A stretch of DNA of 64,000 nucleotides from Octopus vulgaris (GCA_951406725.2 OX597833.1:5828001-5892000); one strand, 5' to 3'. Positions 13,824 through 28,079 are shown, counted from the first letter of the stretch. Numbers and translations are program-made. Notes: generated by a model from the letters alone, not told the origin.

Positions 13824-13862
13824 CTTCTTCTTCTTCTTCTTCTTCTTCTTCTTCTTCTTCTT

Positions 13863-14247
<385 letters not shown>

Positions 14248-14250
14248 ATA

Positions 14251-14337
<87 letters not shown>

Positions 14338-14363
14338 CATCATAGTTATTATTATTATTATTA

Positions 14364-14419
<56 letters not shown>

Positions 14420-14614
14420 TAGGAAATGAGACAAAATAATTTTTGTAGCGTTCAGTTACGTCCCTTTATTTTCATATTGAACTACTTCAGAATTAAATCA
14501 TTACTCTTCACACTTCCGGAGTCGCTAAAAATAACGCAACAATCACATGACAACACCGTTTTATTTGATTTTAATTCTTTCTTTAAAGTGTTTGACCTTG
14601 TACTAGCGTTACAC

Positions 14615-15297
<683 letters not shown>

Positions 15298-15999
15298 GCG
15301 TTTCTAAGCGATAGCAGCAAAAGCAAATAAACACGAAATGTAAAAAAACTGAGTCTAAAATGGGATGGAAAAAAAACAGTGAAAAGCTATCGTCATTATA
15401 CTAATAAACCTAATCGATAAATCGATGTGTTGCATTTTAAAGATCACAAAGTAATCACTTGTTTACACGACCATAGTCTTGTCTTATCTGAAATCTCGCA
15501 TTTTCAGATATTCCTTTGTCAAACAAATTCATTTAAACAAGTTGTGTTTTTAATAGGTTATAGTTAGAGGTCACATGTGATACTTCTGTCTGTCTGTCTG
15601 TGTGTCTCTCTCCCTCTATCTCCCTCTTTTTTTCTCTCTCTTTCTCTTTGTGTTGTATGACTCTTTTGACAGATTTCATCCTGAAGTATCACAACTTCCG
15701 AGGAGCAACAAATTCATTAAAGGTGACATGCAAATATCGATCTGTTTATGATAGCAACACAGAAAAATATCGATCGATTTGAATTGGAAGAGACAACAGG
15801 GACAGCTTCAAGGTTGATGATTTCTAAACTCCTTTCTTGTGTACCGAATTCATCGTGTCCGACATTGCTTTTTGGGCCTCTTCTGATGAACAAATTGCAA
15901 AATGGTTGGACACCACAAAACAGATAACAACGGGTACCATTTGGCGGATACCACAATAAACATAGTTATGATATATCATTTATTATACTAGACTGTTAC

Positions 16000-16288
16000 C
16001 AGTCAAATAATTGGTAATTTTAGAAGTATCCTTTTACCACCACGAGCACTATCAGGAGATATGACGTACATGCAAAAATTATAATTTAGTTTTTATCAAA
16101 TTTCTAGGTGTCTATACAAAATGATGAAACGAATTCATCAGTCAAATTCATCAGTCAAATAATAGGTAATTTTAGAAGTATACTTTTACCACCATGGGCA
16201 ATATCAGGAGATATGATGTATATACAATAATTACAATTTAGTTTTTATAAAATATTTGCGTGTCTATACAAAATGATGAAACGAATTC
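16000..16288. repeat. Diverged tandem duplication with a unit of about 150 bp
   Basis: cagtcaaataat.ggtaattttagaagtat...gtgtctatacaaaatgatgaaacgaattc occurs twice. Confidence 0.85.
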
Positions 16289-17484
16289 TAATTATCGAAA
16301 GAAAAATACTTCTTACCTAAAAGCAAAATTAAAATTAAACAAATTTTTAATTCGTAGAACTTTTTCCGTATCTATTCTGTCCCTTATTCCTCCTCCTGCT
16401 CCTGTCACCAAGCCTAGTATGTGTACTCCCCCCACCCTCTCTCTCTCTCTCTCTCTCTCCGTATCTTTGTTTTACTCTCTACCTCTCTGTCTCCCCAATG
16501 TGATGTGTGACTGGGGAAACCAACCAACCGACATTTATTTAGACTATTATTTAGCGAGCTATCCGGTGGTGGTGGTGGTGGTCATAGTTGTAGCGACGGC
16601 GTCGGTGGTGGTTGTAGTGGTAGTGGTGATGAAGGTTGTGATGGTGATAGATGTAGTGGTGGCAGAGTCACAGCGGTTCTGCTTCTTCTCAAAAGACAGA
16701 GACACGTTACCAGCATCCGTTTTTATTTGTTAAAAATAAGATGTGAATATAATTGCAGGTCACGAGGTTCATAGGTTCGCTTTACAAAAAACGCCCTTTT
16801 CAGGGTCAATCCTATTTCATGGCAGCCCGAAAAAATATGTAAACATGTTTAACGATAACAACGAGTCGACCTTAAAACTTGAGAGTAAAATTGGTTAAGC
16901 GGAAAATGTGCGGAAGCCGATCGAATTGTACTTGTTCTTGGATAGAAGATCTCACCTGGGGCCTAATCTAGTACCTCTACTTTGTACTCGGGTACCTTTA
17001 GCACAGCATAGTTTTGTGGTCAGTTTGTAGTGTGAATATTTGAATATAGGGAATATGATGCCGTGTAGTTGCGGTTTCGTAGAAAATGTATTTTCTTCTT
17101 CCCTTCCTCTATTCGAGTCTCGATGATTCTGCAAAAGACTTTTGGTTCCCCACCACCACCACCACAACCTCTCCCACAGGACAACACACACGTACAAAAC
17201 ACACACACACACACACACACATACACGTAATTAAAGCAAAAGAATACGCGCACGCGTGCGCACACACACACACACACAATTTCACACGACAACAACATCA
17301 TCAGCAACAACATCGATAAAACTGTGATATAATACACGAGAGAAGCTATGAAGAGAAGGTTATGGCCTGCAATTCTCTAAAGAGATGGCACTCTTTTGGT
17401 TTTACAATGGTAACAAGATCTTAGTCTGGAATCCTTTGAGTCGTTTCGGATTACGATTAATATTGTAATACTTTCTTTGTCATA

Positions 17485-17537
<53 letters not shown>

Positions 17538-17564
17538 TATCATTATCATCATCATCATCATTAT

Positions 17565-17812
17565 TGGTGAGCTGGCAGATTTCTTAGATTGTCGGACAAA
17601 CTGTTCCGCAGTATCTATTTTTATTTTTATTTTTTTTTTTTTTTGCGACCGGTTCTTTATGTTCTGAGCTCAAATTCCGCCGTGGTTGACTTTGCCTTTT
17701 ATTCTTCAGAGGGGGTGGTCGACAAAATGAGTATCCGCTGAGCACCGGGGGCAGATGTAATCGACTTCACTCCTCTCCAAATATTGCGGGCCTTGTGCCA
17801 AAATTTGAAACC
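17565..17812 (+). mobile_element. SINE-B, older subfamily with a different 3' tail
   Basis: gagctggcaga head, ttgactttgccttt core, ccttgtgccaaaatttgaaacc tail. Confidence 0.75.
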
Positions 17813-17919
17813 ATTTTCATCATCATCATCATCATCATTACCATCATGTTCATCCTCATCACCACCGCCATCATCATCGCCGTCGTCGTCGTCAACATCA
17901 TCATCATCATCATCATCAA

Positions 17920-17954
<35 letters not shown>

Positions 17955-18308
17955 CCCGCTGCTGATCTATTTAAATGTGATTTCAAATTGATTTCCAGGG
18001 CTTTGAACGAAAACAAGCTTAAGTGTGCGTATGAGACAATAATTTTCTAGATTTACTTTTATGAAAGGATCTGGGACTTTGATCTTACGCCCACCGCCAG
18101 TGTCTGTTCCCGGGCAAATTATATTACGTTTTTATTTGTTCCCCTTTTTGCCTACACATAAGGAACGCCCACGAAAGCAAAACCTTTCAGGCTAAACGTA
18201 TTTCCACTTCGATGAAAGAAAATAAATAATCATTTGTGAGAAACAGACCAGTAACACCTACGAAGATACAGGTGATAATGAGCGGTTGCGCAAAGGACAA
18301 ATTTTCCT

Positions 18309-19479
18309 AAGGCGGCGAGCTGGCAGAAACGTTAGCACGCCGGGCGAAATGCGTAGCGGTATTTCGTCTGTCTCTACGTTCTGAGTTCAAATTCCACCGA
18401 GGTTGACTTTGCCTTTCATCCTTTCAGTGACGATTAAATAAGTACCAGTTACGCACTGGGGTCGATATAATCGACTTAATCCGTTTGTCTGTCCTTGTTT
18501 GTCTGTCCTTGTTTGTCCCCTCTATGTTTAGCCCCTTGTGGGTAGTAAAGAAATAGGTATTTCGTCTGCCGTTACGTTCTGAGTTTCAAATTCCGCCGAG
18601 GTCGACTTTGCCTTTCATAGTTTCGGGGTCGATAAATTAAGTACCAGTTACGCACTGGGGTCGATATAATCGACTTAATCCGTTTGTCTATCCCTGTTTG
18701 TCCCCTCTATGTATAGCCCCTTGTAGGTAGTAAAGAAATAGGTATTTCGTCTGCCGTTACGTTCTGAGTTTCAAATTCCGCCGAGGTTGACTTTGCCTTT
18801 CATCCTTTCGGGGTCGATAAATTAAGTACCAGTTACGCACTAGGGTCGATATAATCGACTTAATCCATTTGTCTGTACTTGTTTGTTACCTCTATGTTTA
18901 GCCCCTTGCGGGTAGTAAAGAAATAGGTATTTCGTCTGCCGTTACGTTCTGAGTTTCAAATTCCGCCGAGGTCGACTTTGCCTTTCATCCTTTCGAGGTC
19001 GATTAAATAAGTACCAGTTACGCACTGGGGTCGATATAATCGACTTAATCCATTTGTCTGTCCTTGTTTGTCACCTCTATGTTTAGCCCCTTGTGGGGAG
19101 TAAAGAAATAGGTATTTCGTCTGCCGTTACGTTCTGAGTTTCAAATTCCGCCGAGGTCGACTTTGCCTTTCATCCTTTCGGGGTCGATTAAATATGTACC
19201 AGTTACGCACTGGGGTCGATATAATCGACTTAATCTATTTGTCTGTCCTTGTTTGTCACCTCTATGTTTAGCCCCTTGTGGGGAGTAAAGAAATAGGTAT
19301 TTCGTCTGCTGTTACGTTCTGAGTTCAAATTCCACCGAGGTCGACTTTGCCTCTCATCCTTTCGAGGTCGATTAAATAAGTACCAGTTACGCACTGGGGT
19401 CGATATAATCGACTTAATCCATTTGTCTGTCCTTGTTTGTCACCTCTATGTTTAGCCCCTTGTGGGTAGTAAAGAAATA
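18309..19479 (+). mobile_element. SINE-B array: one head plus 6 body units of about 185 bp
   Basis: Units start at 18358, 18556, 18741, 18926, 19111 and 19296; junction aaagaaata|ggtatttcg. The core gtcgactttgcctttcatcctttcggggtcgat resembles, from memory, the Meta/MESC SINE domain. Confidence 0.93.
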
Positions 19480-20210
19480 GGATTGATAAAAAGTCGGACA
19501 AAATGCCTTGCGGTATTTAGAAACTAGCACAAACACAAAACCCATAAATAACTGAACAGAGCCTCACATTTCTTAAAACCCATCCACATGGCATAGCCTG
19601 AAGGGTTGACCAAGGTTCAGCACAATCTCCCTCTCTCTCTCTCTCTCTCTCTTCCCCCCTCTCTCTCCTTTTAGTGCTTTCTTTTTTAGTCCCCCTTCTA
19701 CTGACACGCTGTTTGATTAATCTCCAAGCCAAATGACTTAATCCAGCGAACCCTGTTTCCTGGCTCAACAAAATCTGTCGTTAGTCACATTACCGGCTGA
19801 TTGGATCTATTTGTGCGCGCGTGTGCGTGCGTGTGTGTGTGTGTTTGGTAGCCATATTGACCTGTAGTCATGGTGATGATAAACAACATTGCGGCAGTAA
19901 CAACAACAACAACAACAACAACAACAGAGAAATAACAATGGCAACAACAAAAAAATAAAGTATGACACTAATAATGAGCAAAGTAGAAACAATAACAGCG
20001 ACTGTAACGTTAACAGCACCAACACGAATAATAACAACAGCCCAGCAGCAGCAGCAGCAGCGGCAGCAGCGATGGTGGTGGTGGTGGTTGGGGGGGGATG
20101 GTAGTAATATAAAAACAAAATACAAAAGATCAATATACATGTATATAAAGAGCTGTGATGGCCGCAGAGATGAATGGATGTCATGAGTGCGTATGTCCGT
20201 TTGTATGATG

Positions 20211-20402
<192 letters not shown>

Positions 20403-21194
20403 TATGTGTATATATATATATACACACACATATGTATTTATAAATATGTATATATATATATATATATATATGTGTGTTTATGTAACTCTCTGCATATAGA
20501 AAATGCATACACACACAGACATCTATGTAAGCATATTGTGTGTGTGTGTGCGTGTGTGTATGTGTGTGTGTGTGTGTGTGTGTGCGTATGTGTATGTGTA
20601 TGTGTATGTGTGTGTGTGTATGTGTGGGAGTGTATTCACTCTTGCATGTGCACATGAAAGCGCTGTGATTTTATTTGCTTCCCTTTATTTTTCTTGTTGT
20701 TTTTCTGCAGGTCATTAACCCCCAATCGATTGGCATTTTCGCCAAATGTGTCCCAGCCTTGACACAAGGGCCCTCTATCGGTCAAAATTCCCGACGTATT
20801 TACACCTACATGCAAACGCTTGGACAAGAGTTTCATTTTGTGTAAGACTAGCAGTTTCCGATCCTTGCAAATAGGTTCCCCTACACACATCACCGACGAT
20901 GGGCCAAGGAGAAGCCCTCCACCTTGGGGTTACTACAGCTTCGCATCAGTGTCACTGCGAGCGTTGCTGTTAGAACGCACGAAGAGGGTGAAGCTTCCAT
21001 GCATGGTCGACAGCCAGGTTTTCTCAAAATGTACAGGAAAACGAGGACGTTGTGAGCAAGTATTTTCTGTTAGCTGCGTAAACTTAGCCACCATTTTGCT
21101 ATGCGAACTTGCTGCTGTTTTCCTCTGTTTCATGCTTTATTTCTGCAACTGCTTTTCTAGCATTTAACCAATCTACATCAACTGGATGAAGGTG

Positions 21195-21382
21195 ATAAAA
21201 TGTCGGACAAAATGTCTTGCGGTATTCATAAACTAGCGGTATTCATAAACAAGGCGGCGAGCTGGCAGAAACGTTAGCACGCCGGGCGAAATGCTTAGAG
21301 GTATTTCGTCTGCGTTACGTTGTGAGTTCGAATTCCGCCGAGTTCTCCTTTCTCTCTCCCTCCCTCCCTTTACATTTACATT
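21195..21382 (+). mobile_element. Composite insertion containing a SINE-B head, bounded by a 21-bp direct repeat
   Basis: tacatcaactggatgaaggtg at 21174-21194 and 21383-21403; SINE-B head at 21251-21343; (tttaca)n end. Confidence 0.7.
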
Positions 21383-21821
21383 TACATCAACTGGATGAAG
21401 GTGCTCATTGGAAAAATAAATAGTTTTCCGCTCATTGTTTTCCGTTATGGTGTGAATTCACACTGAACACAGCCTTCTTTTCTCACATCTCCAGTATTCT
21501 TTCCTAGTTTTGTTTTGCTTGCATGAAAATCGTAGATGTAATTACTTTCATCAACTACTTTTCTTTTGGTTTTGGTCGATACTATGACCTTTGTCATTTC
21601 AGGGTGGGTAAATTAAAAATGTGTTCACTAAATTTGCAGCACTCCTCTCCGTACACAGCACCAAACTTAAGAGAGGGAAGGAAAAAAGAGAAAGTAAAAT
21701 TGTTAACAGAGAAAGAAAAAGAACGATAATAACAATCCTATAACGAGGCTCGTTATAGTTCTGTGAATGTATCGTGAGAGATATCTCACCCTTTTTTTTT
21801 TCTAAAGAGTTTATTTAAAAT

Positions 21822-21950
21822 TAGACAAAAAGTCGTCGGACAAAAACAAAAAAAAGAAACGAAAAATCATCGGACAAAAAGACGCCGGACCAAAAGACGT
21901 GGACGAAAAGACGTCTGACGAAGTGATGTCGGACAAAAAGACATAGCACC
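21822..21950. repeat. Degenerate tandem repeat of about 15 bp (cggacaaaaagacg), possibly transposon subterminal repeats
   Basis: About 7 ggac.aaaag.cg-like units. Confidence 0.6.
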
Positions 21951-22085
21951 GTTAGAAACACCTTCATTGCTAGAAATAAGAGCTAAAACACGCTATAGCT
22001 GCAGTCAAAACACATAACTGTATACATACTAACATGGACCACATGTATGTATGAATATATATATAGTATGTTTATACATACATAT

Positions 22086-22316
22086 GGCGGCGAGCTGGCA
22101 GACACGTTAGCGCGCCTGGCGAAATGCTTAGCGGTATTTCGTCTGCCGTTACGTTCTGAGTCCAAATTCCGCCGAGGTCGACTTTACCTTTCATCCTTTC
22201 GGGGTCGATTAAATAAGTACCAGTTACGCACTGGGGTCGATGTAATCTACTTAATCCGTTTGTCTGTCCTTGTTTGTCCCCTCTGTGTTTAGCCCCTTGT
22301 GGGCAGTAAAGAAATA
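22086..22316 (+). mobile_element. SINE-B monomer, full length
   Basis: Head plus a single body ending gtaaagaaata. Confidence 0.9.
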
Positions 22317-22567
22317 TATACATACATATAAATGCATTTGCAGGGTTAAAAAGACCACCAATAAAGGTCGTGCAGGAAGGAGTAAACCCTTAAAATACAG
22401 TAAAAACAAGTAGTTTAGTACAAGAGTCTCGATCAAGGGATATGAAAGTATGAAAGTTAACCTGCGAGAAAGGCTACGAGTTTCCCCACGATGTCAAACC
22501 AACCCTGAAGCCAGACGTAGTCTTAGGAGCTGAGAAGGCAAAGAAGATAATCCTGAGTGAAGTTATA

Positions 22568-22718
22568 AAGGGGTTCTGAAAAGTTCCTGGTTTTGGGTAA
22601 AAGAAAATACAGGAGGATCAGTTAATTGTGATTTTATTCAACGTATTCACCTCTCAGATTCACACACTTATTGCAGCGGTCCTTCAGTTTTTCTAAGAAT
22701 TGTAAAAGAACTGGGAAG
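22568..22718 (-). mobile_element. Non-autonomous mariner derivative (third family), partial
   Basis: TIR-like ggggttctgaaaagttcctgg; minus strand encodes LEKLKDRCNKCVNLRGEYVE*. Relatives at 26075, 37465 and 51811. Confidence 0.8.
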
Positions 22719-22977
22719 GCCTTGGGTGTCCAAGCATGGCCTTTCGTGATACAGTTGTTATTGTTGTTGCTGTCCTTAGAACTATTCCTGCGACTTTCTC
22801 GCTCTCGCTCTCTCTCCTTCTTTCTCCCCACTCTCTCTCCCCCGCTTCCGTCCCCTCTCTCTTCTTCTGCCCTCTCTCCCTCCCTTCCACTGACCTCATC
22901 TCTCTCCATCCGACATAAAACGAAGCTGAACATCTTCACCGAGCCCCCACCCCCCAACAAAATGACCTCCCAATAGC

Positions 22978-24081
22978 TATTTCTTTACTACCCACAAGGG
23001 GCTAAACATAGAGGGGACAAACAAGGACAGACAAACGTATTAAGTCGATTACATCGACCCCAGTGCGAAACTGGTACTTATTTAATCGACCCCGAAAGGA
23101 TGAAAGGCAAAGTCGACCTCGGCGGAATTTGAACTCAGAACGCAGCGGCAGACGAAATACCTATTTCTTTACTACCCACAAGGGGCTAAACACAGAGGGG
23201 GACAAACAAGGACAGACATATGTATTAAGTCGATTACATCGACCCCAGTGCGTAACTGGTACTTAATTTATCGACCCCGAAAGGATGAAAGGCAAAGTCG
23301 ACCTCGGCAGACGAAATACCTATTTCTTTATTACCCACAAGGGGCTAAACATAGAGGGGACAAACAAGGACAGACAAACGGATTAAGTCGATTACATCGA
23401 CCCCAGTGCGAAACTGGTACTTATTTAATCGACCCCGAAAGGATGAAGGGCAAAGTCGACCTCGGCGGAATTTGAACTCAGAACGCAGCGGCAGACGAAA
23501 TACCTATTTCTTTACTACCCACAAGGGGCTAAACACAGAGGGGGACAAACAAGGACAGACATAGGTATTAAGTCGATTACATCGACCCCAGTGCGTAACT
23601 GGTACTTAATTTATCGACCCCGAAAGGATGAAAGGCAAAGTCGATCTCGGCAGACGAAATACCTATTTCTTTATTACCCACAAGGGGCTAAACACAGAGG
23701 GGACAAACAAGGACAGACAAACGTATTAAGTCGATTACATCGACCCCAGTGCGAAACTGGTACTTATTTAATCGACCCCGAAAGGATGAAGGGCAAAGTC
23801 GACCTCGGCGGAATTTGAACTCAGAACGCAGCGGCAGACGAAATACCTATTTCTTTACTACCCACAAGGGGCTAAACACAGAGGGGGACAAACAAGGACA
23901 GACAAACGTATTAAGTCGATTACATCGACCCCAGTGCGAAACTGGTACTTATTTAATCGACCCCGAAAGGATGAAAGGCAAAGTCGACCTCGGCGGAATT
24001 TGAACTTTGAACGCAGCGGCAGACGAAATACCGCTAAGCATTTCGCCCGGGGCGCTAACGTGTCTGCCAGCTCGCCGCCTT
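22978..24081 (-). mobile_element. SINE-B array: one head plus 6 units, with an 18-bp TSD
   Basis: Unit lengths 184, 159, 184, 159, 184 plus a head-bearing unit. TSD aaatgacctcccaatagc at 22960-22977 and 24082-24099. Confidence 0.93.
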
Positions 24082-24871
24082 AAATGACCTCCCAATAGCA
24101 ATGTGTGTCCAGTCTTCTCTCCCCAACCAAACCTCTCCCCCACTCCCCACTCCCCAATCCTCTCACCTCTCCCTCCCCCTCCACCCACCCTCCTGTTTGT
24201 TGAACGTTGTTATCAATCCAGGATGATCAGTTAAAACAACAGCAACAAACATTGCGTATAGTTTCAATACTATTGCTCGAACACAACTCAAACAAAGGCC
24301 ACTTACATCCACGTTTATCATTTGTGGATGTAAGTGGCCTTCGTGCAAATATTGAATGTGTTTTCTCCGCGTCCACTTTTGATTTTCTTCTCATTGAGTC
24401 GGGGTTTTTTTTAGGACTTGCAATCGGCAGAACCACTCACCAGTTTCCGTCTTACGTAGATTTTGTGGCATTCACAATCGGATAAAGCTTTTCTGTTTTT
24501 TCATTTGTCAAATGCAAATGTTTTCATTAATACCCAGGAAATCGATACATTTATACATACATATGTATGTATGTATGTATGTGTGTGTATGTATGTATGT
24601 ATGTATGTATGTATGTATGTATGTATGTATGTATGTATGTATGTATGTATGTATGCAGATGTGTTCATATGTGGGTGTCCCTTGTTTTGAATTCGTACAT
24701 GATTACATCGATATATGAATAATATACGTATATATTTATGTGCGTGTGTAGTATGTGTGAGTTTATATGTGTGTGTATACACACACATATATATATATAT
24801 GTATATATATATACATATATATATATGTATATATGTATACATACATGCATACGAACATACGTATCTATCTG

Positions 24872-24999
<128 letters not shown>

Positions 25000-25056
25000 C
25001 ACATATATGGTTACAGAGAAGCTTGAATATGTTTTTAAACACACTCACACACACAT

Positions 25057-25108
<52 letters not shown>

Positions 25109-25117
25109 GTATGTATG

Positions 25118-25225
<108 letters not shown>

Positions 25226-25264
25226 ATTATTTACTCTTATAGACACCTACAGGAATATCAACAT

Positions 25265-25303
<39 letters not shown>

Positions 25304-25596
25304 AACACGTGTACGCATGTGTGTACGTAAGGTAAGGTGATTCTCGCGGTGCCGTGTATTGTTCACCTGGTCCTACAGCTGAACAATAAACAAATGTTCG
25401 CCATGAGGAGAGGAAATTGCGGAAAGAACTGGATAAATCCAGTCTCTTTGTTTCAACTTATTTATTGTTTGTTGTTTGCTTCTGTTGTTGTTGTTGTTGT
25501 TGTTGTTGTCGTCGTTGTTCCACAATCTTTTGTCGCTAAAATAAATGGAACTCCCCGCCCCACACACAGACCGCTAAATATGATATTCAAAATATT

Positions 25597-26011
25597 ACTT
25601 TTTTACTCTTTTACTCTTTTACTCTTTTACTTGTTTCAGTCATTTGACTGCGGCCATGCCGGAGCACTGCCTTTTTATCGAGCAACTCGACCCCGAGACT
25701 TATTCTTTTTGTAAGCCCAGTACTTATTCTATCGGTCTCTTTTTGCCGAACCGCTAACTGACGGGGACGTAAACACACCAGCATCGGTTGTCAAGCAATG
25801 CTAGGGGGACAAACACAGACACACACACGCATATATATACATATATACGACGTGCTTCTTTCAGTTTCCGTCTACCAAATCTACTCACAAGGCTTAGGTC
25901 GGCCCGAGGCTATAGTAGAAGACACTTGCCCAAGGTGCCACGCAGTGGGACTGAACCCGGAAACATGTGGTTGGTAAACATGCTACTTACCACACAGACA
26001 CTCCTGCACCT
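25597..26011 (-). mobile_element. SINE-A, full length
   Basis: Reverse complement of 2497-2918 with a (cttttact)n tail. Confidence 0.9.
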
Positions 26012-26074
26012 ATATATATATGTGTATGTATGAATGTATATATATGTGTACGTGTGCATGTTTTTAGGTACATA

Positions 26075-26182
26075 CGAAGGGCGCTGAAGAATTCCTGGCT
26101 TTGGGTAAAAGAAAATACCGGAGAATTACTTAATTATGATTTTATTCAACATATTCCTTTCTCGGATTCGCACACTTATTGC
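26075..26182 (-). mobile_element. Mariner derivative (third family), partial
   Basis: TA followed by TIR cgaagggcgctgaagaattcctggcttt. Confidence 0.75.
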
Positions 26183-26185
26183 TAT

Positions 26186-26260
26186 GTTACAGGGACGTAA
26201 ACACACCAGCACCGTTTGTCAAGCGATGATGGAGGGGGACAAAACAACACACACACACAT

Positions 26261-26318
<58 letters not shown>

Positions 26319-26450
26319 TTACGACAGGCTTCTTTCAGTTTCCGTCTACCAAATCCACTCAAGGTTCTGGTCAGCTTAAGACTATAGTAGAAAACACTTG
26401 CCCAAGGTGCCACGCAGTGGGACTGAACCAGGAACCATGTGGTTGGGAAG
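26186..26450 (-). mobile_element. SINE-A, partial
   Basis: Middle and 5' segments flanking an internal (TA)n. Confidence 0.8.
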
Positions 26451-26506
26451 AATGTACAAGTGAGTGTGTATATGTTTGTGTGTGTGTGTGAGTGTGTATG
26501 TGTACG

Positions 26507-26537
<31 letters not shown>

Positions 26538-26577
26538 ATATACAAATACGTATATAGATATGTATACATATGTATAA

Positions 26578-26778
26578 AGTTAATCCAAACAAGAAAGCAC
26601 AAAAAAACACAACAACGCGAGGACGTGGAACAAATATAGTATTATTGGACGCTCAGGAAAGAAGAAAAGGAGGGTTTAACGTTTCGAGTGGAGCTCTTCG
26701 TCGGAAACATAGGAGAAGGAAAGATCCAGAGAAGGGAAAACAGAGGAAAAAAATCGCCAACGGTACACACGAGGTCAC

Positions 26779-26779
<1 letters not shown>
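26578..26779 (-). mobile_element. HHR-1 element (about 200 bp, TA-rich flanks)
   Basis: One of four copies (also 27603, 29832, 40924). Hammerhead motif at 26674-26708. Confidence 0.85.
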
Positions 26780-26835
<56 letters not shown>

Positions 26836-26836
<1 letters not shown>

Positions 26837-27060
26837 CGGGAAGCTTTATGAAAATAGACAAAAGACGAAGGCAGGTTTACGGAAATAAACAAAAGACGAA
26901 GGCAGGTGGAATACAAACAAACAATTGTATTAGTATGGCGCTCAGGAAATATAAATAAAACAAGTCTTTAACGTTTCGAGCCTACGCTCTTCAACAGAAA
27001 GATACACAGAGAGAAAAAAAAACACAGAAAGAAGGAGAGAAAAAAAAAGAAAAAAATGCG
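26836..27060 (-). mobile_element. HHR-2 element, (TA)n-inserted
   Basis: Distinct sequence but the same layout as HHR-1, sharing the cgctcaggaaa motif and a hammerhead fold. Confidence 0.7.
26965..27002 (-). ncRNA. Minimal type I hammerhead motif (A6U core variant)
   Basis: UCUUU-CUGUUGA-A-GAGC-GUAG-GCUC-GAAA-C-GUU-AAAGA. Confidence 0.72.
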
Positions 27061-27133
27061 TGTATATGTGTGTATGTGTGTATTTATATGTATGTACTGT
27101 TGAACGTCTGACTCAATGAATGTGTCGCATGAT

Positions 27134-27352
27134 AAGGCGTCAAGCTGGCAGAGTCGTTAGCACACCGGGCGAAATGCTTAGCGGTATTTCGTATGTCTTT
27201 ACGTTCTCTGAGTTCAAATTCCGCCGAGGTCGACTTTGCCTTTTATTGTTTCGGGGTCGATAAATTAAATATCAATTATGTATTGGGGTCGATCTGATCG
27301 ACTGGCCTCACCTCCCCACCAAATTTCGGGCCCTGTGCCTGGCGTAGAAAAG
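27134..27352 (+). mobile_element. SINE-B, older subfamily
   Basis: Head and core match the family; tail cgggccctgtgcc...gtagaaaaga. Confidence 0.82.
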
Positions 27353-27490
27353 AATGTGTCATACGATTGAGTGACGAGATACGCGCTTGTTTTAGTCATG
27401 TATCATTGAGTGACTGTACATGTACATATGAGTCGTTATCAAGTGACTACATGGAAACAACAACAAACAAATTGATTGACAGATCGATTG

Positions 27491-27543
27491 AAGGTTGATT
27501 GCTAGATTACTATCCAAATCAATAATTTAAATAACCTACTTTG

Positions 27544-27590
<47 letters not shown>

Positions 27591-27808
27591 CACATACGTA
27601 TTTGTGACCTCGTGTGTACCATTGGCGATTTTTTCCTCTGTCTTCCCTTCTCTGGATTTTTCCTTCTCCTATATTTCCGACGAAGAGCTCCACTTGAGAC
27701 GTTAAACCCTCCTTCATTCCTTCTTTCCTGAGCGTCCAATAATACTATATTTCTTCCACGTCCTCGCGTTGTTGTGTTTTTTGTGCTTTCTTGTTTGGAT
27801 TAACTATA

Positions 27809-27846
<38 letters not shown>

Positions 27847-27977
27847 AGTACAGTAAAAATCTAGATTCAGTTGAATATGGTACTTAAGTTATAGGCACCA
27901 GAATTTGGTATGGTATTATCCCTATAAATCAAATGGGGTGATTATAATCAAAATAAGCAACAAGGATATATAAGGTA

Positions 27978-28033
<56 letters not shown>

Positions 28034-28078
28034 GGTTATTTAAATTATTGATTTGGATAGCAATCTAGCAATCAACCT

Positions 28079-28079
<1 letters not shown>
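27491..28079. repeat. 48-bp inverted repeat pair (27491-27538, 28032-28079) enclosing (TA)n tracts and nested inserts
   Basis: aaggttgattgctagattactatccaaatcaataatttaaataaccta and its reverse complement, with one mismatch. Confidence 0.88.
27603..27805 (+). mobile_element. HHR-1 element, inverted relative to the 26578 copy; ribozyme core mutated (GAAA to GAGA)
   Basis: atttccgacgaagagctccacttgagacgttaaac at 27673-27707. Confidence 0.85.
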
